Shown here one piece after another: positions 14,960 to 30,221 of a stretch of 64,000 nt of DNA; the stretch's first letter is position 1; every line of letters begins with the position of its first letter. This DNA is from Octopus vulgaris (lineage: Eukaryota), in NCBI GenBank assembly GCA_951406725.2, contig OX597835.1, positions 39,804,001 through 39,868,000 on the forward strand, in the 5' to 3' direction. The notes under the pieces are model-generated. The model made no database searches. It saw only the letters and a program-made list of their open reading frames with translations, and was not told the DNA's origin. The position numbers and the translations under genes are program-made.

Positions 14960-15166
14960 TATATTACACTCACAATATACAGGATATGCATATTTTTATA
15001 ATACGCAATGTGCATAGACACAGAAGACAGAATAGTAAATATCGTATAGTGGTGGACACCCAGTTGGTCAGGAGCACTGGCTGAAAGAAGCGATAACGAA
15101 AGTACACATATTAAGATTTAAACGGCGTATATATACATGCGTGTATATGTGTGCGTATAAATATAT

Positions 15167-15203
<37 letters not shown>

Positions 15204-15475
15204 TATCTATTTATATTTGTGTATCGATATATACATATATATTTACATTTATAAATATATATATATATATATATATGCACACATGTATACATGTATATAT
15301 ATTCATACATAGATATATAGGTAGATAGTTATGTGTATATACATATGTATATGTATGTATATATATATATATATATAAATTAGAGAATATATATATATAT
15401 ATATATATATAAATATATATATACACAGACATATACATATGTATATGGTATATATATATGTGTATACACATATGC

Positions 15476-15534
<59 letters not shown>

Positions 15535-15572
15535 CACATATGCATACATGCATATAAATATATACACATGTA

Positions 15573-15769
15573 CGAGAAGGTGCTGAAGAGTTCCTGGGTT
15601 TGTATCAAAGAAAATACAGGAGGATCGGTTAACTATGATTTTCTTCAGCATATTCCAACCTCAAATTCACACGGTCCTTCAGTTTTTCTAAACCCAGTAA
15701 AGAAACTCAGAACGTTAGGCCTCCAACCAGGCCTTTCGCGAGGCCTTAAACCCAGGAACTTTTCAGTAC
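15573..15769. mobile_element. Mariner-type MITE
   Basis: Inverted repeats GTGCTGAAGAGTTCCTGGGTTT (15580-15601) and AAACCCAGGAACTTTTCAGTAC (15748-15769), 20/22 match; left end begins TA-CGAG; right extremity eroded; no ORF. Confidence 0.7.
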
Positions 15770-15954
15770 ACAAGGCAGATTTCTTTTTGTGTAGAATCAA
15801 TATCTTAACGACATACATACATTCATACAAACATACATTTCTCTTTTTACCGAGCGTCAAACTAATGCATTCCATGTGCACGTTCTCATGTTGCTTGTTA
15901 TTGTTATGTCTAACGTTGCTTATTTCATTTGCCTATATATATATATGTATATAT

Positions 15955-16029
<75 letters not shown>

Positions 16030-16290
16030 TATGTATGTGTATATGTATATATATGTATATATATGTATATATGTATATATATATATGTATATATATGTAT
16101 ATATACATATATATATTTATATATATACACATATATATACATGGATATATATGCATATACACATATATATGTATGTATGTGTGTATACAAATATTAATAA
16201 TTCTTATATCAAGTGTATACATGCATATATATATATATATATATATACATATATGTGTATATATATATGCTATATATATATATATATAAA

Positions 16291-16379
<89 letters not shown>

Positions 16380-16394
16380 TACATATACATATAC

Positions 16395-16443
<49 letters not shown>

Positions 16444-16685
16444 CATATACATATACATATACATATATATATATATATATGTATGTATGGACACAAATAA
16501 TAATTCTATATGAAGAGTATGCAGATTTGTATACACGCACACTTATATATATTTATTGATACGCATATATGTGTTCATATATACATATACGTATATGTAT
16601 ATATACGTATATGTATATATACGTATATGTATATACATATATATATATATATATGCGTATATGTGCGTGCATGCGCGTGTGTGTA

Positions 16686-16729
<44 letters not shown>

Positions 16730-16942
16730 CGTCACGAACAGTTTCGAGACTTTCGCCCTCTCCTCACAATGACCATCATGGACCACTTCATCCTAAGTAC
16801 TTTTCTCCAACTGCCACTTATATATTATTAACGCCATTTATCGGAATATCTGATTTACATATTTGTGACAACACTCGCACACGCACAAAACCTACCCGAC
16901 AACGGGCAAACGCCGTTATACACACACACACGCACACTTCAT

Positions 16943-18347
<1,405 letters not shown>

Positions 18348-18405
18348 TATATGTGTATGTGTGTATGCTTATGTATATGCGTATATGAACATGTATATAT
18401 AATAC

Positions 18406-18482
<77 letters not shown>

Positions 18483-18539
18483 TAGATATACGCATATATA
18501 TATGTATGTATATATATATATAAATATATATATTTATAT

Positions 18540-18587
<48 letters not shown>

Positions 18588-18604
18588 TATATATTTATAT
18601 ACAA

Positions 18605-18640
<36 letters not shown>

Positions 18641-18747
18641 ATGCGTATGCATATACATAAACAGGTATGTATATTTGCTTGCATAAACGAATTTTTATGT
18701 ATTCAATTATTTATCCCGTATTTCGTTAAATAAAACTCGTTTGTGTG

Positions 18748-18819
<72 letters not shown>

Positions 18820-18931
18820 TGCGAAATGAGAGGTCATGTGAAGTGCAGTCACTGCTTTCGGCTTACAGCTGTTTCTGGAATAAAAAGCCTACTACCGAGT
18901 GCTCGTGTGACTTCCACCCTTCATCGGAGCC

Positions 18932-18962
<31 letters not shown>

Positions 18963-19489
18963 TGTGTGTGTGTGTATGCGTGTGTGTGTGTGTGCGTGTG
19001 TGTGTTACAATTACACTATATATAATCAATATATAATCACACATGCATATTTAAATACAAGTGTGTGAGTGTATATATATATATGTGTGTGCTTAAATAT
19101 GCGTGATTGTGTTTAACGCAACGCCCTGCGACCAATCTAATTCGAAGCATAAAGCCATAAAGTTCTGAATAAATATTTAACAGTAATTGATCAATCACAT
19201 TTCGAGCTTTTATAATGATTTCCATGGTAAAATATGGATCGGCGTTCAATAACAGATTAATCACACTAAACAAGCGTGTAACAATATTTAGTGCTGGGGC
19301 CAATTCTGTATCTACCGATCGAACTCGTGTCTTGCACTTGTCGTGAGTATGTTTGAGTGTAATGTGGTCTAACATGTTTGTTTTTTTCTTTTGCTTTTTT
19401 GTGGGATATGTTCGACTTGGTGATGGGGGCCCGACTATGGCCTTTCCCAAGTCCTCATAAACTAATGACGGCAAAAGGTTACCTTCTGG

Positions 19490-19726
19490 AGTCAGACCTT
19501 ATGGGCCGGTTTCCCTGCTTCCCGGTTTCATGCAGTGTAAATTCTCCAGCTAGATGGCGCACTGGTAAGTCCCAGGATTACTCATTTTTGCCAGCTGAGT
19601 GGATTGGAGCAAAGTGGAACGAAATATTTTGCTCAAGAACACAACGCGTTACCCTGACCAGTAATCGAAACCACAATCTTACGATCTTAAGTCCAACACC
19701 CTAACCACTAAACCACACACCTCCAT
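19490..19726 (-). mobile_element. SINE head D plus tail 2, diverged
   Basis: Reverse-complement similarity to 28563-28812. Confidence 0.75.
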
Positions 19727-20466
19727 CATAAACCGGTGAGAACGATACCATTCTTGTCGCTCTTGTAACTTCCTATGTTAAGCTAAAAACCTGCATGAAA
19801 CACAAGAATGGGGAGGGATGGAATTCTGGAGGGTCGACGTTTTGGGGAAGAAGGACTGGGCGTAGTAACTGGTGCGGGTATAGGGCGAGCCGAGTGAAAC
19901 AGGTGAGCCTGAGAGAAGGTGCCATACCACCAGCAAGTTCCGAAGAGCAAGAGATTACCATCGATGCCCTGCATCGTTGATGTCGCGAGCCCTAAGACTG
20001 GTTCATGGGGCTGCTTACCCGATTTCTACCTCGTAAAATTGACTTGAATCAAAACATTCCCACTGAACAGGATGTAGGGTTGCTCCTTTTACGGTTGAGC
20101 GAACTGAAGCAATGGGAAATAAAATGCATATATGCATGCATGGATGCAACATCAACGTTTGGTTCAATCACCAAAGTGACTGACAAGCATTTAATAGCGA
20201 AACTTTGACGTCACAGTCCTTAATGTGTTTACTAGTAATAAACATTATATATGTGTGTGTATTGTTATACTTAGGGATGGTCGTATTTTGCCAATTAAAC
20301 ACACATGCACACACACACACAATGGAGCGTGTATTTAATTGGCAAGATATATGACCACCCCCAAGCATATCATTATCTGTTTCAACATAGGATTTCACAT
20401 CAAGAATCTTGCAAAGCAATTACATAAATGTATATATCATCATCATCACCATCATCATCATCATCG

Positions 20467-20521
<55 letters not shown>

Positions 20522-20559
20522 TATCATCCACAACGACTGTACATTATAGTTTCGTCTCC

Positions 20560-20972
20560 TAAAACACATGGGACCACTTATGCAGTTTCCATGGCGTACG
20601 AGTGGCAGAAATCCCAACACTCCTTACTGAATGGGACGCCAGTCTAATGATGCAGGGTTACTCTTTTACAGCTGAGTGGACGGAGCCATTGTGCAATGAA
20701 GTGTGTAGCTCAGGGCCGGCTCAAGGTACCGGCGGCTCGGGCAGTCGCTCCGGGCGCCATGTACCAGGGGTGCCAATGTGGGTGTGATAAAGACAAGGAA
20801 ATTTCCACGACCGTCGGCTTGTACACGCTGACGATCAGCTTGTCCGGAGCACCAGCAACCCTAGGGCCAGCCTTGGTCTTGCCCATAAACACTCTGCACA
20901 GCCCGATCCGGTAATCGAAACGAAAACCTTGCAGTTGTGAGTGCAACACGTTAACCACTGGGCCATGCGCCT
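20560..20972 (-). mobile_element. Diverged SINE (head D type) interrupted by a MITE
   Basis: Head at about 20972-20890 and body at 20710-20560 match family D on either side of the 20711-20875 insert. Confidence 0.7.
20711..20875. mobile_element. hAT-type MITE nested in a SINE
   Basis: GC-rich 165-bp insert with imperfect TIRs CAGGGCCGGCTCAAGG / rc CAAGGCTGGCCCTAGG. Flanking 8-mers GTGTAGCT and GTCTTGCC both derive from the host SINE sequence GTCTTGCT (seen intact at 6714-6721), consistent with an 8-bp TSD. Confidence 0.65.
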
Positions 20973-21426
20973 AACAAAAGCGATTAAAGTAGCGATAGAA
21001 AAAGGTAGCATATCTGTGAACCGGAAGCAGCACATCTGTGAACCGGAAACAGCATATCTGTCGATTGAAGGCGGGAACGTGTATGTCTGTGAGTTCCTCA
21101 ATAACAATAAAACGGGGTGGCCCTTTTTTTGCGGCCTAGAATTATACTGTGAATATCAAACAACACTGCCCCAGATAAGAAAAGGACAAATCTCGCTACA
21201 AACCCATTGTGAGCATAATCTCAAATTTGGAAAGCATCAATAATTTGGAGTAGGGACGGGTGTATCCCAATTGCCTGCTCACCCTGAAGAGATGGCTCAA
21301 TAATCGGTGTGCGGACTTAGTTTTTGTTACGATGTCAGATATTTTTCAAGGTGAGATGACATGTGCTGACTGCTATTACTAACTTTATTACAACAATATG
21401 GACTTTATTATTATTATTATTATTAT

Positions 21427-21487
<61 letters not shown>

Positions 21488-21827
21488 TGTGGACTGTGTG
21501 GTAAAACGACAGAATCTACGCAAAATGTCTTTGCTATATAATGTGCTATGCACCACCACTTTCTAGGTTCGAATTGCACCTTGGTCGGCTTAATTTTCAT
21601 CCTATCATGGTTCTTTCTATATATCTAAATTCCGAATGAGTATCGATATCGATCACATGCTAGGCTTTGTTACTACAGAGAAATCATTATAATTGATGAC
21701 ATAATAAATGGATGCTGAATGAAACACCTGGGGGAAATTCTCCAGAGATCTGTATACTTTCTCAGTTGAAATCAGGTTCAGAGATGCGGATCAATTTGTT
21801 TTCACTCTTCAAGATCAATGTTACATG

Positions 21828-21871
<44 letters not shown>

Positions 21872-22014
21872 CGTGCGTGGAGGCGTGTGTGTGTGTGTGT
21901 GTGTGGGTGTGCGTGTGTGTGTGTGTGTGTATGTATGTATGTGTTTACGCATATACAAACGTACATACGTACACATACAGAAACATATGTATATTATATA
22001 TATATATATGTATG

Positions 22015-22062
<48 letters not shown>

Positions 22063-22353
22063 GCGCGCACATACAGAAATATATGTACGCACATACAAAC
22101 GTACATCGGATTTTACACATTTAAGGGCTGCCATAAATATCGGATGTGTCTAATCCATACTTCATTCGCGCATACATGTGAATGTGCATATACATACATA
22201 AAGCATACATAGAGAGACAGACAGACAGACAGAAAGATAGATAGGTAGGTAGATAGATAGATAGATAGATAGATAGATATAGATATAGATATATATCCAT
22301 ACATATACCTACATACATATGCATATGGATTTAAGTATATATGTATATATATT

Positions 22354-22424
<71 letters not shown>

Positions 22425-22558
22425 GTGTATATATATACATATATATGTATGCACACATATATACATAAATATTTTTGTAGCTAGATGGATAGAGAGCTAT
22501 ATTACATATATATAATAAACATATATAATAAAACACATACACACATTATATATATATA

Positions 22559-22604
<46 letters not shown>

Positions 22605-23242
22605 TATATATTATATGTTATATATAAATGTGATTGTGTGTGTGTGCGTGTGCGTATGTGTGTGTGTGAGTGCAATTTTGTGTGTGATATACGACATCGA
22701 AGTGTCTCATACCGACGTTTCGTTCAAAAGTGAAACTGAATGACGAGCACTTATTGAGGAAACGTCGACGTTACAATCCCTGATAAGTTTGCTAGGAATA
22801 TTTAAACTCGACATAGACATTGAGGATTTTATCATTTAATATTGAGCTTACTATTTGTTTCAAATATATACACTCACACACACAGGCACACACACGCACA
22901 CACATCCATGCATATACACAAATCCACAACCTCTCACACACATATATGTACATATTCTAAAGGTAAACCGGTATGGATGCAATCCAATGACCGAAACATA
23001 AAAGATAAAGATTATATATGTATGTATGTATGCATGTATGTATATATGTATGTATGTGTGTATAATATTCAATCCATAATCGTTAGTCCGACAAAATATA
23101 TGTTGCCCAAACTACTAATAGTGGATTGAAAATTTTACTCACTCTCAGATTTACAAACTTATCTTTGAGTTTGTGACAGGAAATAGCTTTCTTTTGAACT
23201 TGCCACCCCCGGGAGAGTGTGTGCATCTGTGTGTTTGTGTGT

Positions 23243-23294
<52 letters not shown>

Positions 23295-23322
23295 ATATAA
23301 ATATATATATATGTCTATATAT

Positions 23323-23353
<31 letters not shown>

Positions 23354-23566
23354 CGCAATACATATATAAATATTTATATGCGAGTGAATCGTTATGTATG
23401 TGTGTATGCATATCATATCTGTATGTGTGTGTGTATGTATGTATGTATTAAATTTCTCGGCTCAGCTTAGGCCACAGTTCCGTTCTATAAAATTCTGGGT
23501 CTTGTATCTCAGTCAGAAATCAGTGTCCTCAAAGACTTGGTCTCTTGTGATTCGTAAACAATGCCA

Positions 23567-23571
23567 TCATT

Positions 23572-23627
<56 letters not shown>

Positions 23628-23669
23628 CATTATTTTATTATTGTTATTATTATTATCATTATTTTATTA

Positions 23670-23728
<59 letters not shown>

Positions 23729-23760
23729 TTATTGTTATTATTATTATCATTATTTTATTA

Positions 23761-23815
<55 letters not shown>

Positions 23816-23849
23816 CATCATCATCATCATCATTATCATTATTATTATT
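23567..23849. repeat. (ATT)n/(ATC)n tract
   Basis: Directly visible. Confidence 0.95.
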
Positions 23850-24031
23850 GGGGGAGTGTTCTACTAGGCGTGGCAAGGAGTGGATTGGTAGGGTCTTTGT
23901 AAATATTACAAACCGTCATTGTGAACCACGATTATTAATCCCTTTTAAATATCCATAGGAACGTAAATAAATACATACAAGCATATACCTATATATATAT
24001 GTGTGTATATATATATGTATATATATATATA

Positions 24032-24080
<49 letters not shown>

Positions 24081-24299
24081 CTTACTTGGAAGTGGATGCG
24101 TGGCGTTCGATCATATAATAACAAAACAATAAATAAAACATATGCATATATACATTCATATATATGTACATACCTACATCTATATGTATATATATACGTG
24201 CATATATGGGTACAGGACACCCAAAAAACGTAGAACACAACGAGAAACGAAAATATAAAACATAAAAACAGGTGCGGGCGCGTCTCGGGTATGTGTGTG

Positions 24300-24365
<66 letters not shown>

Positions 24366-24613
24366 TATAAACGAATGGTAGACGTAAATGGCGAAGTTCA
24401 TGATGATATAAGCTCGTAAAATATAATCATATATATATATGAATATATAATTATATATGTATACAATGGAACATGTACGCATACATATATGTATATATAC
24501 ATGTGTGTGTTTATGTGTGTGTGAGTGTGTCCGTGTCTTTATGTAAATATATATCTAAATACACACACACACACACATATATATATATATGAATATATAT
24601 ATATGTATGTATG

Positions 24614-24650
<37 letters not shown>

Positions 24651-24750
24651 ATGTATGTATGTATGTATGTATGTATGTATGTATGTATGAATGTAGTTAA
24701 GGTGTGTTCTGTTAAGAATATTACTTTTTATATATAGATATATGTATATG

Positions 24751-24807
<57 letters not shown>

Positions 24808-25275
24808 GCGCCAATATGTCTAATTACCAATTATATATATATAAGTACATTACCATTGGTCTCCGAAAGAAAAAATCCGACAACCATCGGAGCAATCAAA
24901 ATATTTTAATAAGTACTATATTTACATGTTTTTTTTTTTTTTGGGGGGGGGGTACTTAAAATCCACCTTAGGTACTTTTACGTCAAGCGGAAAGGCAGAG
25001 ACGAATTGTTTTGTTTTGGCCACATTATATATATAAATATATATATATATATCAGAAGATTTGGAAATGATGTACAGGTATTTTATATTAGAAGAAGTGA
25101 GGTACTCAGAAATCCAGATGGTTTTATATTTACAGATATTTATTTGTATATTACATGTTTTTATACATCATATACCATATATCATATATTAGCGCTTTCG
25201 TCCATTCTGGTGGAGTTTTCAAATTGAAGTAAGTTCTTGGGGAAAATTTGACTATTATTATTATAGTGTTATTGA

Positions 25276-25333
<58 letters not shown>

Positions 25334-25363
25334 TGATATGCATATATACATGTGTTTGTGTGA

Positions 25364-25428
<65 letters not shown>

Positions 25429-25547
25429 TATATCACGGAAATATATAGCAACTGCAAATGACTTTAGGTTGCCCAAACTTGCCAGTGCTATACTCAACAT
25501 ATCAGCACTTGACATATATATCCATTAGTCCAAAATCTTTCTAATCT

Positions 25548-25945
25548 AGGGCACAAGGCTCAAAATTTGGGGAGAGGGTCTAGTCGATTAGATCGACCAC
25601 AGTACGCAACTGGTACTTAATTTATCGATCCAGAAAGGATGAAAGGTGAAGTCGATCTCGGCGGAATCTGAACTCGAAATAGGGCTAAGCATCTCACTCG
25701 GCGTGTTAACGTTTCTTATTTCTTTATTGCCCACAAGGGGCTAAACATAGAGGGGACAAACAAGGACAGACAAAGGGATTAAGTCGATTACATCGACCCC
25801 AGTTTGCAACTGGTACTTAATTCATCGATCCCGAAAGGATGAAAGGCAAAGTCGACCTTGGCGGAATTTGAACTCAGAACGTAACAGCAGACGAAATACT
25901 GCTAAGCATTTCGTCCGGGATGCTAACGCTTCCGCCATCTCGCCG
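25548..25945 (-). mobile_element. SINE family B dimer
   Basis: Long-tail unit joined to a short-tail unit, on minus. Confidence 0.85.
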
Positions 25946-26068
25946 CATTCAAAATATCATATATTATATGTACGTGTGTGTGTGTGTGTGTGTGTAACTA
26001 TTTCATCTAAATTGAGTTTTCTCCCTTCATACTTGCTGCACATACACACCACTACGGACGTGCGCATA

Positions 26069-26118
<50 letters not shown>

Positions 26119-26196
26119 TACGTGCATGTATGTATATAGATATACGTATATACATAATTGTGACTACTATTACATCTTATTATTATAGAATTGTTT

Positions 26197-26370
26197 GCTT
26201 AGCGGCATTTCGTCCACTTCTACGTTCTGAGTTCAAATTCCTCCGAGGTCAACTTTGCCTTTCATCCTTTCGGGGTCGATAAATTAAGTACCAGTTGCGT
26301 ACTGGGTTCGATGTAATCGACTGGCCTCCTCCCCAATAATTTCAGCCCACGTGCCAATAGCATAAAGGAT
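26197..26370 (+). mobile_element. SINE family B copy followed by an (ATT)n tail
   Basis: GCTTAGCGGCATTTCG...GAGTTCAAATTCC...central domain. Confidence 0.85.
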
Positions 26371-26382
26371 GGTTATTATTAC

Positions 26383-26444
<62 letters not shown>

Positions 26445-26580
26445 TATTATTATTTTTATCATAATTACTTTTACAAGAACATAGTTGATAGTGATCTCGA
26501 AGTAATTATCAATACTTTTTTAGTAAAATTATAATAAACGTGTATTGAACGAAAAGTATTTTGTATTTCCGTTTCATATA

Positions 26581-26990
26581 GGCGCAGGAGTGGCTGTGTG
26601 GTAAGTAGCTTGCTAACCAACCACATGGTTCCGGGTTCAGTCCCACTGCGTGGCATCTTGAGCAAGTGTCTTCTGCTATAGCCCCAGGCCGACCAATGCC
26701 TTGTGAGTGGATTTGGTAGACGGAAACTGAAAGAAGCCTGTCGTATATATGTATATATATATATATGTATGTGTGTTTGTGTGTCTGTGTTTGTCCCCCT
26801 AGCATTGCTTGACAACCGATGCTGGTGTGTTTATGTCCTCGTTACTTGGCGGTTCGGCAAAAGAGACCGATAGAATAAGTACTGGGCTTACAAAAAGAAT
26901 AAGTCCCGGGGTCGATTTGCTCGATTAAAGGCGGTGCTCCAGCATGGCCGCAGTCAAATGATTGAAACAAGTAAAAGAGTAAAAGAGTAA
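26581..26990 (+). mobile_element. tRNA-derived SINE, family A (near full length, internal microsatellite)
   Basis: A-box-like TGGCTGTGTGG, B-box-like GGTTCAGTCCC, internal (TA)n(TG)n, 3' GGCGGTGCTCCAGCATGGCCGCAGTCAAATGA.TGAAAC and (GTAAAAGA)n tail; more than 12 similar copies in the window. Confidence 0.9.
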
Positions 26991-27050
26991 AGGGAGATAT
27001 TAAATTCTTTTGTATTAACTGAGCATAAAAATATAACATTAATATATATA

Positions 27051-27103
27051 ACCCTTGCCAGCATAGAAAACGGATGTTAAACGATGATGATGATGATGAT
27101 GAT
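27051..27103 (+). mobile_element. Very short retroelement 3' end with a (GAT)n tail
   Basis: ACCCTTGCCAGCATAGAAAACGGATGTTAAAC(GAT)n; resembles an RTE-type tail from memory only. Confidence 0.4.
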
Positions 27104-27104
27104 A

Positions 27105-27143
<39 letters not shown>

Positions 27144-27271
27144 AAAACTTTATATATAAAGAACGTGAAATTCACGAATTGACGAACACGGAAAACAGAC
27201 AGTCATTCAGAGCCTTCATTCTTCAGTCAGAAACCGATTCATCATGGCAAATTTCGGCTGTTTAATTCTGA

Positions 27272-27364
<93 letters not shown>

Positions 27365-27367
27365 ATA

Positions 27368-27700
27368 GACGCAGGAGTGACTATGTGGTAAGTAGCTTGC
27401 TTACCAACCACCTGGTCTTGGGTAAGAGTCTTCTGCTATAGCCTCGAGTCGACCAAAGCCTTGTGAGTGGATTTGGTAGACGGAAACTGAAAGAAGCCCG
27501 TCGTACATGTATGTGTGTGTGTGTGTGTACGTGTGTGTGTGTGTGTATGTGTGTGTTTCTGGTTTATCCCCCCAACATCGCTTGACAACTGATGCTGGTA
27601 AGTTTACGTACCCGTAACTTAGCGGTTCGGCAAAGAAAGAATAAGTGCAAGGCTTAGAAAGAATGAACCCTGGGGTCAAAGGACTGAAACAAGAAAAACA
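27368..27700 (+). mobile_element. SINE family A copy with deletions
   Basis: Head GACGCAGGAGTGACTATGTGGTAAGTAGC, body and partial tail. Confidence 0.85.
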
Positions 27701-28009
27701 ATAAAATAATATATTCATATATAAAGACGCACACACGTTTATATGCATTTATGTAGGTGCAACCCTAGTCTCAAACCTTTTCCAGATAGTATTTGTATAA
27801 GAAATACCAAATAGGGCCTCATGAGGAATTCTTTTCACACCTTCTCTACATTTGTGCACCATAATGCTTTGCAGTTGGAATATGTCAGCCAAAAGATGTC
27901 CCAGTGTCGGTAGTGTATCTTATCAATTATGATTTTTCATTTTTCTCCTGAGTGGTACGATTTTCCCGGATATTGTATGTGTGAGCTTCCGGGAGTAATT
28001 CGAGATAGA

Positions 28010-28283
28010 AAATACCTATTTCTTTACTGGCGGAATTTGAACTCAGAACGTAGCGGCAGACGAAATACCTATTTCTTTACTACCCACAAGGGACTAAACA
28101 CAGAGGGGACAAACAAGGACAGACAAACGGATTAAGTCGATTACATCGAACCCAGTGCCTAACTGGTACTTAATTTATCGACCCCCAAAAGGATGAAAGG
28201 AAAAGTCGACCTCGGCGGAATTTGAATTCAGAACGTAACGGCAGACGAAATACGGCTACGCATTTCGCCCGGCGTGCTAACGT
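28010..28283 (-). mobile_element. SINE family B multimer fragment
   Basis: Long-tail unit plus an internally deleted second unit with the same junction. Confidence 0.8.
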
Positions 28284-28562
28284 TAACAAATTCCGAGCAG
28301 TGGATCTGAATCGAGGTTCATACAACCTTTCAGGTTCCATATTAGGAGTTTGCTGTTAAAATTTATGTGCAACAAATCGGTTATACTTCTGTAATACACG
28401 AAATATATTAACAATTTCTTTCTACAACTCCTTATAATGTTTAATCATAAAAATATAACGGGATTTTTTTTAGACATTGAATTGCTTTGCGGGTCCAGCA
28501 AATTAAAGATGAAATCAAAAGGATCCATACGTAAAAAATACTTGAAATTTATTGGTATCAAG

Positions 28563-28812
28563 AGGAGACGCGTGGCTTAGTGGTTAGGGTGTCAGTACCA
28601 TGATCGTAAGATTGTGGTTTCGATTCCTGGACCAGGCGACGCGTTGTGTTCTTGAGCAAAACACTTCATTTCACGTTACTGCAGTCCACTCAGCTGGCAA
28701 AAATGAGTAACGCTGCGATGGACTGGCGTCCCGTCCAGCTGGGGAACACATACGCCATAGAAACTGGGAAACTGGGCCCGAGAGCCTGGCTAGGCTTTAA
28801 AAGGGCGCATTT
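28563..28812 (+). mobile_element. tRNA-derived SINE, head D plus tail 2
   Basis: TGGCTTAGTGGTTAGGG (A box), GGTTTCGATTCC (B box), GTGTTCTTGAGCAAAACAC...CCACTCAGCTG body. Confidence 0.85.
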
Positions 28813-29221
28813 ATATATTATTATTGGTATCGTGTATGAAAGAATGGGAGTATAGGATTTTTACTGAATGTAGGTTTTCGAAGATAATTTGATAACTATA
28901 TCAACTACAGTATTACAACTGTAGGATATGGAGGCACAGGCATGGTTGGTAATACAAATTTGATGATCTTCCTGTATGCGTATATGCAAATAGCATCGGA
29001 ACTCTTCTGACAAAACGAAATAAAAGATAATCAAAAGAAATGACTTACTGTTTAACCAAGTTAAAAAATTAATCAATTAGTTAGTTCGATATTTAAGCAA
29101 ATCTAATAACAAAGGAGTGGAATTGAACCAATGCGTGTGTCAATAATATTCATATAATGAGTCTGCCACGACGCAAGAAAATTTGTTTCAACACACGAAT
29201 TCACATAAAGAATCTTGCAAG

Positions 29222-29990
29222 GCGCTTCCTAACCACATGGTTCCGGGTTCAGTCCCACTGTGTAGCAACTTGGACAAGTGTTTTCTACTATAGCTTCGGA
29301 CCAACCAGAGCCTTAGGTGTGGATTTGGTTGGCGGAAACTGAATGAAGCCCGCCGTATACATATACATATCTATATGTGTGTGCCTAGGTGGCTGTGTTT
29401 GTCCCTCACCATCGCTTGACAACCAGTGTTGGTGTATTTACGTCCTCGTAACTTAGCGGTTCAGTGAAAGATGTTACGATAGAATAAGTATTAGGCTTAA
29501 AAGAATAATTCCTAGGGACGATTCGCTCGACTAAAACCTTTCAAGGCGGTGCTCCAGCGTGGCCGCAGTAAAATGTCTGAAACAAGTAAAAGGTAAAATA
29601 TTATATATGTCACTGTTTGGTAAGAAGCTTGTTTCCTACCTCACGGTTCTGGGATCAGTCCCACTGCGTGGCACCTTGGGCAAGTGTCTTCTATTATAGC
29701 CTAGTGACCACCGACTAAAGCCTTGTGAGTGGATTTGGTAGACGGAAACTGAAAGAAGCCCATCGCATATGTACTTGTGTGTCTATGTTTGTTTCCCACC
29801 ATCGTCGCTTGACACGGATGTTGGTGTGTTTACGTCCCAGTAACTTAGCGGTTCGGCAAAAAGAGACTGATACAATAAGTACTAGGCTTACAAAGAATGA
29901 GTCCTGGGGTCGATTTGCTCGACTAAAGGCGGTGCTCCAGCATGGCCACAGTCAAATGACTGAAACAAGTAAAAGAGTAAAAAATAAAAG
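29222..29990 (+). mobile_element. Two tandem SINE family A copies
   Basis: Two head-body-tail units, about 29222-29600 and 29610-29990. Confidence 0.85.
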
Positions 29991-30050
29991 AATACATATA
30001 TATATATACACATATATATACACATATATATATATATACATATATATGTA

Positions 30051-30103
<53 letters not shown>

Positions 30104-30118
30104 GTATATATGTATATT

Positions 30119-30160
<42 letters not shown>

Positions 30161-30189
30161 CATATATACATATATAAATATATACATAC

Positions 30190-30221
<32 letters not shown>

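Noticed and set aside
19780-20045. GC-richer block with short ORFs
   Set aside because: No protein motif or splice signals recognised; probably a decayed TE fragment that I cannot classify.
21283-21310. CTGAAGAG-ATGG-CTC motif
   Set aside because: No GAAA after the hairpin; single copy; cannot be distinguished from chance.
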